Below, piece after piece: positions 37,558 through 48,776 of a stretch of 64,000 nt of DNA. Origin of the DNA: an uncultured candidate division Zixibacteria bacterium (GTDB taxonomy: Bacteria > Zixibacteria > MSB-5A5 > UBA10806 > 4484-95); NCBI GenBank assembly GCA_963668625.2, contig CAXXKA010000004.1, positions 96,001 through 160,000 of the forward strand, written 5' to 3'. Below the pieces are notes generated by a model, which had not been told where the DNA came from, made no database searches, and saw nothing but the letters and a program-made list of their open reading frames with translations. A program made the position numbers and the translations under genes. How positions within the stretch are numbered: the first letter of the stretch is position 1; every line of letters begins with the position of its first letter.

Positions 37558-39717
37558 TTATACCGCTTTCGTTGGTGTATCGATCGAGCTATCGGAACGC
37601 TTGGCCAGTACGGTCTGGATCATTTCCTTGATTTTATTCATCTCGAACGGCTTGGACATGATTGCCGAGAGACCACTTTCCTCGACCTTCTGGCTGTCAA
37701 TCTGGTTTCCCCAACCCGAGATCATCACCACCGGAACATTCGGCTTGAGCTCTTTACAGATACGGGTTACCTCCCAACCGCTGATACCCGGCATACCCAG
37801 ATCCGTCAATACGATATCGAACTCCTCGGCTTTGAACAGCTCTATACCCTCCTCGCCAGATTCGACCGCCTGTACGTTATGATCCATGAACTCGAGCATA
37901 TCCTTGATTACCTCGCGAATGTTGGTATCATCATCGATAACCAGTATGCGCGCCTTGATATCCTTGGTGATCTCCACCTGTTTGCCGGCTTTACGTTCGG
38001 CTCTATGGGCAATCGGGAAATACAGAGTGCAGGTAGTTCCCTCGCCAAGATTGGAGGTCACATCAATTTCGCCATTATGACGGTTAATAATGCCATAGAC
38101 TACCGCCAATCCCATACCGGTGTTTTTCATACCTTTGGTGGTAAAGAACGGGTAAAACACCCGGTTTAAAGTCGAATCAGCCATACCTACACCATCATCC
38201 TCGACCTTTATCACCGCCCGGTTATCGCTTTCGTAGGCGCTGATTTTGATCAAACCACCCTCGGTTAAAGCATCAACAGCGTTTAGTATTACATTCGACA
38301 CCGCCTCGACCAGTTCGGTTTTGGCGCCCAGCACCAGGCTTAGCTCGCCGATATTCTTCTCGAATTCGACATATATACCCAGACGCTGGCATTCATCTTT
38401 CCACCTCGGTTTGGTCAACTCGATAGAATCCTCGATTACCTTGGCGAGGTCGACATGCTCGAACCTGCCTTTATTGGATATACGGGTGAAATTCTGAAGT
38501 TTCCTGACTGTTTTCGCGCCTGACAGGGTAACTTCCTCTATTTGCTTGAGATGTTCCTCCCATTTGGGATCGCTGACCTCGCGCAACAGTAGCTGCGTTC
38601 TTCCCAGAATAGTACCCAGCACATTGTTGAAATCATGAGCCACACCGCCGGCCATTTCGCCTAAAGCGCGAAGTTTCTCTGTCATTACCAGTTGTTCCTG
38701 AGTGCTTGTCAGTTCTTTATAGGCTTTCTCGAGGCTTTCGTATAACTTTGCGTTTTCTATAGCATCAGCGGTTTGACGGGCGAAAATGGTTAACACATCC
38801 AGATCATCCTGCACGAACGTTTTACCATCCTCTGACCTCAACGTGATTGCCCCGATAACCTCTCCCGACCAGGTAAGAGGCGCGATGATAAGTGATTCGT
38901 GATCATCCGGAGTGCCGGGTATCTGGTAGGCACGGGGATCATCCTCACTGTTGTTGGATATCAATCCGACGCCGGTTTGCACTACGCGGCCGGTCAAGCC
39001 CTCGCCCGGCTTGAGCTCGACTTTCGATATCTGCTCCTCGTGCGAGTTATCAACAGTCATCAAAGGACGAATGCGACTATCCTTTTTATCGAGTATCATC
39101 ACTGAACCACCATCGGCCCCGATAATTTTCATGGAAAGATGCAACGCTTTCTCGAGCACCTCGGTATAGTTCAACGAGGAATAAATCGCGGTGGAAAGTT
39201 CCAGTAAAGCGGCCATTCTCGCAGCCAGTTCCTGCCCTTTCTGTTCTTTCAATGCAAGGTTTAGCGAAAGCTTTATCTGCTCAGCGATAAGTTTGGCTTT
39301 TTCGAGATAATTTTCGGAAAAATTATCCGGTTTCTCTTTCCAGCCCCAGAATAACATTCCACCGCACGCGCCTTTCAGCTCGAAAGGTATACGAATGAAA
39401 ATAGTACAATCGAATGTATGCATAAAAAACAGGCAGGGATTGGATTCGGATTCCCTCTCGAATTCGGCTATTTTCTCGCAGGTTACTTTAAATCCTTCAC
39501 GCTTGCTGGATAGCCAAACCATCGAGGCGTTTTTCTTGATAGTATCCAACCTGGTCTCATCGACAGGTGATTCGCTCCTGAAGTAAATTTCACTATCCAT
39601 TGCTTTCGGGTCAATCAGGGCAAGTGTAAAAACATCGGATTCGAAGCTCTGGCTTGATCTCGTAGAAACAGCCTCGAATAACGAAGCAATTGATTCTTTA
39701 TGCAATACTGTTAGCAC
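37558..39717 (-). CDS. GAF-domain hybrid sensor histidine kinase/response regulator
   Basis: GAF domain, AHDFNN H-box, PFFTTK and GMGL G-boxes, C-terminal REC (LTDLGMP); start approximate (GTG 39717). Confidence 0.9.
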   Translation of the reverse strand: MLTVLHKESIASLFEAVSTRSSQSFESDVFTLALIDPKAMDSEIYFRSESPVDETRLDTIKKNASMVWLSSKREGFKVTCEKIAEFERESESNPCLFFMHTFDCTIFIRIPFELKGACGGMLFWGWKEKPDNFSENYLEKAKLIAEQIKLSLNLALKEQKGQELAARMAALLELSTAIYSSLNYTEVLEKALHLSMKIIGADGGSVMILDKKDSRIRPLMTVDNSHEEQISKVELKPGEGLTGRVVQTGVGLISNNSEDDPRAYQIPGTPDDHESLIIAPLTWSGEVIGAITLRSEDGKTFVQDDLDVLTIFARQTADAIENAKLYESLEKAYKELTSTQEQLVMTEKLRALGEMAGGVAHDFNNVLGTILGRTQLLLREVSDPKWEEHLKQIEEVTLSGAKTVRKLQNFTRISNKGRFEHVDLAKVIEDSIELTKPRWKDECQRLGIYVEFEKNIGELSLVLGAKTELVEAVSNVILNAVDALTEGGLIKISAYESDNRAVIKVEDDGVGMADSTLNRVFYPFFTTKGMKNTGMGLAVVYGIINRHNGEIDVTSNLGEGTTCTLYFPIAHRAERKAGKQVEITKDIKARILVIDDDTNIREVIKDMLEFMDHNVQAVESGEEGIELFKAEEFDIVLTDLGMPGISGWEVTRICKELKPNVPVVMISGWGNQIDSQKVEESGLSAIMSKPFEMNKIKEMIQTVLAKRSDSSIDTPTKAV

Positions 39718-42700
39718 TGGATTTCCTCTTGTATTCGAATTTTTGTACAATCTTATATACATCATCGAGACTAAACGGCTTTTTAAGAATATCCGTTATA
39801 CCTCGTGATAACATCTCGCTGCTTTGTATTTCCCTGTTCCAGCCGGTCATCGGTATTAAATAACTATCCGGCGATGAGGCTTTTACTGAGTCTATTACTC
39901 CCCAGCCATCCTTATCGGGAAGGCCTAAATCGGTAAATATTATATCAAAATTATGTTCATTCAGAATCATCATAGCCGTTTCATAGTTTTCGGCAAGCAT
40001 GACATCGGCATTTAACTCTATGAAATATTCTTTTAGCACGTTTCTAAGATTAACGTCATCCTCAACTATAAGAATCGAAAAAGACTCTGAAACGACGGCC
40101 TCGTTAGCGATCGGCAACGTTATTTTAAACTCGGTGCCCCGACCGGATTCGCTTTCAACGGTGATAGATCCGCTATGCCCCTCGATAATCGAATAGACCA
40201 TCGCCAATCCCAATCCCGTACCTAGCCGCTGTTTCGTTGTGAAAAACGGATCGAAAATCTTCGATAAAATATCCTCCGGGATACCACTACCGTTATCAGC
40301 CAGGTCTATCCTTACATTATTTTTCTCAATATAAGCTTTTATTCTAATCTCACCCGTACCATCGATAGCATCAATAGCGTTGTTTATCAGGTTGGAAAAC
40401 ACCTCTACCATCATAGGTCTATCGCCATCGATAATCAGGTCATCCTCGAGATTCGTCTTGATTGATATATGATTATCTGAAATCGTATTATCCCATTTAG
40501 CCCTGGTGAGTTCTATGGTGTCATTTATTATCACCCTAAGGTCTATACGATCGAAATTCGGTACGTTCTTGGTTTTGGTAAATTCATTAATACGAGATAA
40601 TATTTTAACACCGTCATCCGCGGACTTTTCGATTATCCCCAGACCCCGTTTCAGTACATCCGGCGATATTCCGCCATCGGGTGCGCTGGCAATTGAAAGC
40701 ATCTGAACTCTCCCGATGATTGCGGCCATGATATTCTTGAAATCATGAGCGATACCGGCGGCGATTTCACCCAGCGCTTTGAATTTCTCGTTCTGTATGA
40801 TTTTCTCCTGAGCCATGGAGAGATCGTTGTAAGCCTTTTTAAGGTCGCTATAGAGAATAGCGTTTTTCATGGCAATCTTAAGATGCTGGGAGATATCGGC
40901 CAGCAAATACTGATCCTGTGTGCGGAAACCATCCTGACTGGGATTGCCGACAAGCAACAGGCAAATGCTGCCCTCATTTTCGATTACGGGCACGACAACG
41001 AGGTAATTAACTCTCTGAATCGAGAAGTACTCGCTAAGATTATTGGATAATTCCATCCGGTTGATATTGTAGTAAACCGGCTTATTATGAACCAATACCT
41101 CATCGAAATACTTGCTCAGGCCGTTTATCTGCTTTTCGCCCCAGCCCTCGGGATTAAAATTACTGAAATAATCGAGATTGGTTTTATATTTATCTTGTAC
41201 CTTAAACACCAAGGTTACCCAATGATAACCGGTTGATTGCGCCAGCGACTGAATTACCCTGGTAAACAACTCTTCCAGATCGAGCGTCGAGGTTATTGCC
41301 TGGTTTATCCGGTCTACCAGCGTCAGCCGTTCTGCTTTGTCGGTTTTATCCTGATACAGCGATATATTATCCAGAGTCAAAGCTAGAAAATCGGCAATCG
41401 TTTGGAGCGTCGACTTATCGATTGAAGTTACCGCCAATGAGCGCGTATCCTGTACCACCAGCACGCCATGAACATTTTTTATCCCCATCAACGGGATACA
41501 ATAATGCGTATTTATACGGTCTATACCGGTAACGGGATCACTTTCGCTGATACTATCGGAGGATTTATTCTCCTGGTCCCGATACGCCTGCATAATGAGG
41601 CTTTCTTTTACCTCCAGATGTGTCCCTGGTTCGTAACCATAACCGTACTGGCAACTTTGCTGGGCAAGATCGAGACCGTTCATCTTATCTGCAATAAATA
41701 CCGCAACCAGGTCGAAACGGAATCCTTCCCTGACACTTTTAACGGCCTCTCCTAAAAGATCGTTTCGATCCAGTATACCCGAGAGTTTCTTCACGATATG
41801 ATTGGTTATAGCCAGCTTATTGGAACGTTCTTTCTCCTGCTGCTTTAGTTTGAGCTTTTCGATTGCCGCGGCTACCTGGTCGACTATCGATACCAGCAAA
41901 TTAACATCCTTGGGCGAAAACGCGTAGGTAGAGGATGATTCTATATCCAGCACGCCGACAGCTTTATCGTTTAACATGATCGGTACCGCCAATTCCGAAC
42001 CCATTATGCCCGAGGTAGGTATGAATCTTTCATCTTTGGTTGTATCGTTGATATTTATAGGTTTTCTGTAGTACAGGGCGGTGCCTATAATCCCCTCGCC
42101 AACCCGGAACCGTCTGCCCAAAGATTCCTGCGAATATTCACCTGCAATCGCTGCCACGAACAGCTCGTTGGAGTTTTCATCCAGGAGAAGGAATGTGCAA
42201 TGAGGAAGGTTTAAATTCCTGGCGATTGTCAGGAGAACTCTTTCCAGAAACGGAATCAAATCCAGGTCGGTGTTCAGCGCCTGACCGACATCGGTAAGCA
42301 CCGCCATATGGGCGACCCTGTCCGAAAGCTGGGTATACATTCGGGCGTTCTCTATAGCGGCCGAGGCCTGAGCCACGATCGCGGCGGTAAGGTTGACCAC
42401 CTCGCTATCCATCGAGGCTCGTTCGGTGGAACGTTGTTCAACCATTACCAATAGTCCCTCGAATTTGCCGCCATGTTTCAAAGGCGAGATCATCACCCGG
42501 GTCGCGCCCTCGAATTTAAGCAGTTCCCTGTCTTTTTTAGGTATACTCGCTATCTCATCTTTTTCCAGGAGAACAGGATTTCCCATGTAGATTATGTCCT
42601 GAATCCAGGATATCTTTTCGATATTGAGTTGTTTCTCTTCATCACCGAATACTTTGTCGGCCCTTATCGAGAATACCTGGCGAACGCGCATGGAGTCATC

Positions 42701-43654
42701 ATTATCATCCGAAAGCATTATATAACTGAAACTGCAACCGTAGTAATTCCCCAGATGCTCGACCAGTATCGTGCAGACTTTATCGAGGTCGAGGGACATC
42801 GAGATAGCCAGCGAGGTTTTTACCAGCATCCGGGAACGCTTGTTTTCTTTTTCGGCGAGTACCTGGGATGAATGGTTTTCATAGAACCATGAAACCGCCA
42901 GGCCGACGAAATCGAGCTTGGAGAAATAATCCTCGCGATGTTCGGGGATATCGTTATGTAAAAATACGATAATACCGACCGGATTTCCCTGAGGTACCAG
43001 CGGCAACAGCCAGGCCGATTTATAACCGTCGAACAAACCGTGATACTTCCCGGGTATACGGGAAAGATCGGTTACGAACCTGGGAAAATCGGATTTCATG
43101 AGTTCATGCATATTGCCGGTCAGGTTTACGGTGTAACTCGTTTGCGGTTCGGGTTTCAATCCCGAATAGCCGAACAGCGACATGTTTTGTTGATCGCTTA
43201 TCAGGAAAACCGCGCCCGCGTTAAAGCCCAGATGTTCGCAGGAGAGATCGAGTAAATGACGGTAGCCCAGGGTCAGCGTATCGAGATTACCGATATTATC
43301 TTTGATATGTTGGAATATTTTTACGACGCCTGTTCCGATTCCCGAATCCGCGTACTCTCTTTTATCCAGTTTCTTTTTTATCGAAAGTAATTCTTCGATT
43401 TTGATATCGGAGGTGGAATCGTTAAACAGTTTCAATCCGGAAAGAAGTTTTCTTAAGGAATGTCTGTTTTTGATTATAGCGTAACCGACCGTGAGCAAAG
43501 CGATACTTATTAACAGGAATAAAGGTACCGCCAGGTTTGCCGAAAGTTGAGCTGACCGGCTATCGTGGACGGTATCGTAACCGAACCATACCGAAGCCAG
43601 CGCCAATAATATTAGTATAATGCCCCTATATGCTGAATCATTTTTCTGTTTCAT
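39698..43654 (-). CDS. Membrane-anchored multi-GAF hybrid histidine kinase
   Basis: Two N-terminal TMs, about five tandem GAF-like repeats, AHDFKN, DNGSG, GTGLGL, REC (FTDLGLP). Confidence 0.9.
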   Translation of the reverse strand: MKQKNDSAYRGIILILLALASVWFGYDTVHDSRSAQLSANLAVPLFLLISIALLTVGYAIIKNRHSLRKLLSGLKLFNDSTSDIKIEELLSIKKKLDKREYADSGIGTGVVKIFQHIKDNIGNLDTLTLGYRHLLDLSCEHLGFNAGAVFLISDQQNMSLFGYSGLKPEPQTSYTVNLTGNMHELMKSDFPRFVTDLSRIPGKYHGLFDGYKSAWLLPLVPQGNPVGIIVFLHNDIPEHREDYFSKLDFVGLAVSWFYENHSSQVLAEKENKRSRMLVKTSLAISMSLDLDKVCTILVEHLGNYYGCSFSYIMLSDDNDDSMRVRQVFSIRADKVFGDEEKQLNIEKISWIQDIIYMGNPVLLEKDEIASIPKKDRELLKFEGATRVMISPLKHGGKFEGLLVMVEQRSTERASMDSEVVNLTAAIVAQASAAIENARMYTQLSDRVAHMAVLTDVGQALNTDLDLIPFLERVLLTIARNLNLPHCTFLLLDENSNELFVAAIAGEYSQESLGRRFRVGEGIIGTALYYRKPININDTTKDERFIPTSGIMGSELAVPIMLNDKAVGVLDIESSSTYAFSPKDVNLLVSIVDQVAAAIEKLKLKQQEKERSNKLAITNHIVKKLSGILDRNDLLGEAVKSVREGFRFDLVAVFIADKMNGLDLAQQSCQYGYGYEPGTHLEVKESLIMQAYRDQENKSSDSISESDPVTGIDRINTHYCIPLMGIKNVHGVLVVQDTRSLAVTSIDKSTLQTIADFLALTLDNISLYQDKTDKAERLTLVDRINQAITSTLDLEELFTRVIQSLAQSTGYHWVTLVFKVQDKYKTNLDYFSNFNPEGWGEKQINGLSKYFDEVLVHNKPVYYNINRMELSNNLSEYFSIQRVNYLVVVPVIENEGSICLLLVGNPSQDGFRTQDQYLLADISQHLKIAMKNAILYSDLKKAYNDLSMAQEKIIQNEKFKALGEIAAGIAHDFKNIMAAIIGRVQMLSIASAPDGGISPDVLKRGLGIIEKSADDGVKILSRINEFTKTKNVPNFDRIDLRVIINDTIELTRAKWDNTISDNHISIKTNLEDDLIIDGDRPMMVEVFSNLINNAIDAIDGTGEIRIKAYIEKNNVRIDLADNGSGIPEDILSKIFDPFFTTKQRLGTGLGLAMVYSIIEGHSGSITVESESGRGTEFKITLPIANEAVVSESFSILIVEDDVNLRNVLKEYFIELNADVMLAENYETAMMILNEHNFDIIFTDLGLPDKDGWGVIDSVKASSPDSYLIPMTGWNREIQSSEMLSRGITDILKKPFSLDDVYKIVQKFEYKRKSSANSIA

Positions 43655-43660
43655 TCATCT

Positions 43661-45550
43661 CTATTTATCTACTAAATGGCTAACCGCTCTCCTGGCCTCG
43701 GCAAATTGGCCGGACAGTTTGTGTATTTTCCGGGCGTTTTTATCTATAACGTTCAGATACCTGTACACGTTCTCTTTGGACATCCCCTCGTTAGCCTTCA
43801 TGAACTCGCATGATGCCAGGATACCTGCCAACGGGCCGTTGAGTCGACTGTTGAAACCATCTACGATTTCGAACGAATCAGCCCGATTTTGCAAGCTGGA
43901 CAATTTCTCAGAGGCGATCCTGGTCGATGCGGCCAGTCTCTGCTGTCTGGTCATTTGTTCCTTCTGCATCAAAAGCATAGAGATTACATTGGTTAACAGA
44001 AGCGCGAACACTATCTCTTGAGAACCTATCTGATTTCTTTCAGCGATCCGGCTTTCACCGATCGTAACCACGCCCCTGGTTTTACCATCGATTATGATAG
44101 GATTTATGATACACTGTGACACTCCCTCGGGCATCAGCAGTTTGCTTTCCAATTCCGATATCTTGAGTTTCGAGTCGAGCTGTTTTATTACCTCCGGTTT
44201 ACCGGTGGTGATAACCTTACGGTGAGTGTATAGCTCGGAAAGCGGCAATCCGGCAATAGTCCTCTCATCCCAGGTCAACTGCCTGCGTTGATAGATAGCG
44301 ACAGTCCGGAAATTATCGCGGGCCTCGTTCAAAAGCATTATGCGGCAGAATGTAGCCGGCATCTTCTCCACTATTATCCTCGCCAGCTCACGGTAAATCA
44401 TATTGGAGGGCTTATCGGACATGGTGGTTTCGATCGAGTACTTGATCGCGCCGATTCTATCGAACGTATTTTCCGCCTGCTCGTTGTTCATATCCTCTAA
44501 TAACGCCGAGGATACCACCGAGCAAATAGCATCGCAGGCGATCTTGTCATTCTGGTTGAACGCATGCACCCGGGGAACATCCAGACGAAGTACACCCGCC
44601 ACCTCGCCGTTTAAAACGACCGGCGTATATAGCGAACGTAATTTCTGATCCATGGCCCAGGAATGACCGAAAAGATTTAACTCATCGGGCAACGCCAGGC
44701 TACGTTTCTTCAAACTAATCCAGTTTATGGGACGGTACTGTTTCCCTCCGAAAAACCCTTTTTCGATGATCAGTTTCGCGCCTCCGGTTAAATTAAATTC
44801 CAACGATTGCGGAGCGCCGCTCGATTTCAGGTAAAGATGGATATTCTTGAATTTGATGTATTGTCCCATGAGTTTAGCCAGACGAATTATTCTGGTATTG
44901 AGATTGTCATCGCCGCGGGATGATTTGAGTATTACGGCGATAAAATCTTTGAAAGCCTTATTGTGGGTGATTGATTTCTGAAGACCGTCCTTGTAGAACG
45001 CCAACCCGAGATTGGCGCAAACAGAATCAAGAGCGCTTAATTCTTCCTGCGAGAATACACGTGGGTGGTCCGTATATACCGCCATTACACCTACCCTGCT
45101 TGTGCCGAAATTAACCGGCAAAGCCAGGGCATCTACAACCGGGCCGTCCTCGGTTTCGACTATAACATCGCGATGAACACGTACGCTCTCATCGGCCTGG
45201 AATATCTCATCGGTATCGTAAACTTTATTATACAGGCTGTCATTAACGGTCTGGATAAGATCACGCGATTGTTTCGGTATTCCCACCGAGGTAAAAAGCG
45301 AAAGCTTGCCGTATTTATCGGGGATATGAAGCGAGGCGGCCTGATAGCCGTAGCTTTCGATCAGGTTCTCCGCTATTTTGTTGAAAGTAGCCGGCGAGGC
45401 ATCCCCATAACCGGACACCTTCGTTATCGCCTCGTACAATTGAAGCGACTTGTTTTTTTTCTGAAGCCGGGTTGTCACCGAAAAAAGGTATGGTAACCAT
45501 TCGACCATGCCCCAGATGATAAGCGCCCAACCGCCGATATAGCCAATCAC
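43661..45550 (-). CDS. Multi-GAF protein with degenerate HisKA tail (probable 3' part of a frameshifted gene starting at 45777)
   Basis: GAF-like segments; C-terminal FNSRLNGPLAGI lacks the phospho-His; no HATPase domain. Confidence 0.7.
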   Translation of the reverse strand: MIGYIGGWALIIWGMVEWLPYLFSVTTRLQKKNKSLQLYEAITKVSGYGDASPATFNKIAENLIESYGYQAASLHIPDKYGKLSLFTSVGIPKQSRDLIQTVNDSLYNKVYDTDEIFQADESVRVHRDVIVETEDGPVVDALALPVNFGTSRVGVMAVYTDHPRVFSQEELSALDSVCANLGLAFYKDGLQKSITHNKAFKDFIAVILKSSRGDDNLNTRIIRLAKLMGQYIKFKNIHLYLKSSGAPQSLEFNLTGGAKLIIEKGFFGGKQYRPINWISLKKRSLALPDELNLFGHSWAMDQKLRSLYTPVVLNGEVAGVLRLDVPRVHAFNQNDKIACDAICSVVSSALLEDMNNEQAENTFDRIGAIKYSIETTMSDKPSNMIYRELARIIVEKMPATFCRIMLLNEARDNFRTVAIYQRRQLTWDERTIAGLPLSELYTHRKVITTGKPEVIKQLDSKLKISELESKLLMPEGVSQCIINPIIIDGKTRGVVTIGESRIAERNQIGSQEIVFALLLTNVISMLLMQKEQMTRQQRLAASTRIASEKLSSLQNRADSFEIVDGFNSRLNGPLAGILASCEFMKANEGMSKENVYRYLNVIDKNARKIHKLSGQFAEARRAVSHLVDK

Positions 45551-45777
45551 CGACTCGGCGATAAAAACGGCAGCGATTTGATATAGCCGGCGCCGAAAAG
45601 CCCCATGCTGCCGGCCAACCCGATAGAAGCTCCGAATATTACCAGCGAACTGCCAAGTGTCATCAATCTCATAGCCCGGGTGCTATAAAGATGGTATCCG
45701 GACTTTAGTTTCGCAAAAGCTATTAAAACGGCCACAAATGCCATCAAAAGTATGAGTTTTTGATGTGCTAGTACCAT
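45547..45777 (-). CDS. Small two-TM ORF; probable 5' part of the GAF gene
   Basis: Hydrophobic; one extra base in the A5 run at 45563-45567 fuses it in frame to the downstream ORF. Confidence 0.5.
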   Translation of the reverse strand: MVLAHQKLILLMAFVAVLIAFAKLKSGYHLYSTRAMRLMTLGSSLVIFGASIGLAGSMGLFGAGYIKSLPFLSPSR

Positions 45778-45818
45778 AAAAACTTCACCCACTTTCTTTC
45801 AATAATTATCTGATATAT

Positions 45819-45845
45819 ATATCGGTTGATTGGCGGATATTTTGA
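45819..45845 (-). promoter_or_regulatory. Putative sigma28 promoter of the GAF-kinase operon
   Basis: TCAA-N15-ACCGATAT. Confidence 0.45.
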
Positions 45846-46153
45846 GTAATTTGACGTTGATTAGCGCATAAATAACCTATGAATAGCTATAAGTTGAAAT
45901 CCGATACAGTTATCTTGTATATAGGGCTTGTCTACGAGGGAGAATTATTTAAATAAGATAAAACATTTTGCTCAGTTTTATGGGCATATCCGCATTTATT
46001 TTATACTTCACCAGCAGGTTGATGGTATATGCATGTTGATAGGTAACCAGTCAAACGGGTAGTACGTAATTTATAAGAGGCTATGTTATTTGAAAATTGC
46101 AGTGGTAGTCCAGACTAGAGCAACCCTTACTCTAGAGAAAGTATTAAATCAGC

Positions 46154-47506
46154 CTATTCCCTGCTGCGATATTCATTTAATTTATTGCGCAGGGTTCGGG
46201 TGGTTATGCCCAGAGCATCAGCCGTTTGAGCTTTATTGAACTCGTTGGCTTCCAATGTCTTATATATAAGTTTCCGCTCCATTTCGGCGATTGTGGTAAT
46301 CTCAAGTTCCGAACTGCTATCAGCCGGTGATGATCCGACTGCTACCTCTACGGGGAAATCGGAAAGCCTCAACTCTTGCTCGGGAGACATCACGACTGCC
46401 CGCTGAATATAGTTTTCCAATTCACGAACATTGCCCGGCCAATTGTAACTCATGAAATGCTTGATCACTTTATCGGTCAGAGTTTTATATGGCACTCCCT
46501 CGCGTTCGCAATAATGGGCGATAAAATGCTCGCTTAACAGCGGGATATCATCGAGGCGTTTGCGAAGCGGCGGAATATCCACCGGGATTACCTGCAAACG
46601 GAAGAATAAATCATCCCTGAAACGACCCTCGTTGACCTCTTTTTTAAGATCACGGTTGGAGGTTGCGATAATTCGAACATCAATAGGAATAGTTTGCCCT
46701 GAACCGAGCCTCTCCAGTTCCCTCTCCTGTATTACGCGAAGTAGTTTTGCCTGGATCGCCGGCGGTATCTCGGATATCTCATCCAGAAGAAGCGTGCCGC
46801 CGTTGGCCTGCTCAAACCTGCCAACAGTGGATTTTACCGCACCGGTAAAGGCGCCTTTTTCGTGACCGAATAATTCAGACTCGATCAATCCCTCGGGCAA
46901 AGCGGCGCAATTCATCTTTATGAACGGTTTCCCGGCACGATTGGAATTGTAATGTATCGCCCGAGCTACCATCTCTTTGCCAGTTCCTGTCTCGCCGCTA
47001 ATCAACACGGTCGAGGGCGAATTGGCTACATTAGTTATGATATCGAAAATCTTGATCATTCCCGGCGAACGGCCTACCAGATTTTCGTATGAATATTGAT
47101 CTGCTATTTCTTTGCGCAGTTGACGGTTTTCGGCTTTGAGCTTTTTAACCTCGAGAGAGCGCTCCACGAGTATCTCCAACTCGTTGGCCGAAAAGGGTTT
47201 TGTCACATAATCAGAGGCTCCTATCTTCATCGCCTCAACCGCGTTATCGATAGTACCGAAAGCGGTCACCATAATAATCCGGCATTCGGGATTGGTGAAG
47301 ACAGCTGCCTTCAGGACATCGATACCGCTCAAGCCTTTCATTTTCAAATCGGTGACAACTAAATCGAACGATTCCTCACGGAGGATTTCAACGGCTGATT
47401 CTCCGCAATCGGCCTGTTCGATATCATAGCCCTTGCGAGTTAATACCTCAACTATAAATTCTCTGACTAAAGCGTCATCATCGACTACTAATATTCTTGC
47501 GCTCAT
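46154..47506 (-). CDS. Sigma54-dependent response regulator (FlgR/FleR-like)
   Basis: REC, GETGTGKE, GAFTGA, WPGNVRELEN, TRTLRNKLNEY HTH; follows a PAS kinase in a chemotaxis operon. Confidence 0.9.
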   Translation of the reverse strand: MSARILVVDDDALVREFIVEVLTRKGYDIEQADCGESAVEILREESFDLVVTDLKMKGLSGIDVLKAAVFTNPECRIIMVTAFGTIDNAVEAMKIGASDYVTKPFSANELEILVERSLEVKKLKAENRQLRKEIADQYSYENLVGRSPGMIKIFDIITNVANSPSTVLISGETGTGKEMVARAIHYNSNRAGKPFIKMNCAALPEGLIESELFGHEKGAFTGAVKSTVGRFEQANGGTLLLDEISEIPPAIQAKLLRVIQERELERLGSGQTIPIDVRIIATSNRDLKKEVNEGRFRDDLFFRLQVIPVDIPPLRKRLDDIPLLSEHFIAHYCEREGVPYKTLTDKVIKHFMSYNWPGNVRELENYIQRAVVMSPEQELRLSDFPVEVAVGSSPADSSSELEITTIAEMERKLIYKTLEANEFNKAQTADALGITTRTLRNKLNEYRSRE

Positions 47507-47517
47507 AAATTCACCCC

Positions 47518-48723
47518 TCACAGAGGTAGCTTAATGATAAAAACTGCCCCGCCATCTTTGCTATTGTAAGCCTCTAATTGACCATTATGGTAGTCTACTG
47601 CTTTTTTAACCATCGACAATCCCAGTCCTACGCCATCACTGCGCGTGGTATAGAAAGGCTTGAACAAATTTTCGGGATCATCCTCGGGTAAACCTTTACC
47701 TGTATCGGAAAAAATCATATCCAGGTATTTTTCATCGGCATCCAGCACTAAGGATAACTTCAATGTACCACCATCAGGTTCCATCGCCTGGCAGGCGTTA
47801 TGGATGATATTACCTATAGCTTGACGCATCAAAAGCGGATCGAAACGGCAAATACATTCCTCGAATTCCGCCTCTACCGTTACCTCGCTTTTATCCATAT
47901 AGCCTTCTTGATAAAGCGAACGAATGGTATCATTGATGAATTTCAAGATATCCATTTCACGAAAATCGGGCTCCGTTTTACGGGTGTACTCGAGTAAGCT
48001 GGTAATGATTCGGTTAAGTTCCCTGGCGCCTCGCGAGATTTTATCGACTAATTTAATGCTGCGATGTTCCCCGCCCAAATCGCGCTTGAGCAAATCGGCG
48101 AAACCGATTATGCCGGCTAACGGGTTTCTCACCTGATGAGCCACCGTAGCGGCCATCTCGCCTACCGCCGCCAAAGCCGAAACGTGGCGGATAGTTTCGC
48201 GAAGCTGTTTCTCGGAGGATAAATCGTAGAGGATTTCAACTATCCCGCAATATTCGCCTTCCTTGTCGAGGATACGCGAGGCTGAATAGCCGACAGGCTG
48301 ATTGCCATACCATTTTTCACCTTTGACTTTTACCTCATTGCCAGCAAGTAAATCCGCGGTCGGTCGATGTTCATCGCCGGAGAAAATACCGCTATAGGTT
48401 TTGGCCAGAGCGTTATCACGGCTGATACCGGTTAGTCGTTCGGCGGCCTGATTGAATAAATTTATCTGCCCATCGCTATCGATGACGATCACGCCGGCAT
48501 CGAGGGCCTCCAGGCTATTGTTCAAATACGCCGAAAGTTGCCCATTAATAGCAACGGCATCGGAAAGCTGAGAATTCATATCCTCGAGTTGTTTACTCTG
48601 GCGTTCGAACTCGCCGGATAATTCCTGATAATCCTTTTGAAGTTTATCAGTCAACTCGGTAAGAGAAATATATGAGTCTGCTGCTTTTTTAAATTCGTTT
48701 ACGCGACCTTTTCCTGATTCCAT
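47518..48723 (-). CDS. Cytoplasmic PAS sensor histidine kinase (FlgS/FleS-like)
   Basis: Coiled coil, PAS (FNQAAE), AHQVRNPL, DTGKG, GVGLGL; no TM. Confidence 0.88.
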   Translation of the reverse strand: MESGKGRVNEFKKAADSYISLTELTDKLQKDYQELSGEFERQSKQLEDMNSQLSDAVAINGQLSAYLNNSLEALDAGVIVIDSDGQINLFNQAAERLTGISRDNALAKTYSGIFSGDEHRPTADLLAGNEVKVKGEKWYGNQPVGYSASRILDKEGEYCGIVEILYDLSSEKQLRETIRHVSALAAVGEMAATVAHQVRNPLAGIIGFADLLKRDLGGEHRSIKLVDKISRGARELNRIITSLLEYTRKTEPDFREMDILKFINDTIRSLYQEGYMDKSEVTVEAEFEECICRFDPLLMRQAIGNIIHNACQAMEPDGGTLKLSLVLDADEKYLDMIFSDTGKGLPEDDPENLFKPFYTTRSDGVGLGLSMVKKAVDYHNGQLEAYNSKDGGAVFIIKLPL

Positions 48724-48776
48724 GTCGCTTAATGTAATAAAATTTCAGGAAATTTCAATGCTTTTATTGTTAATAC

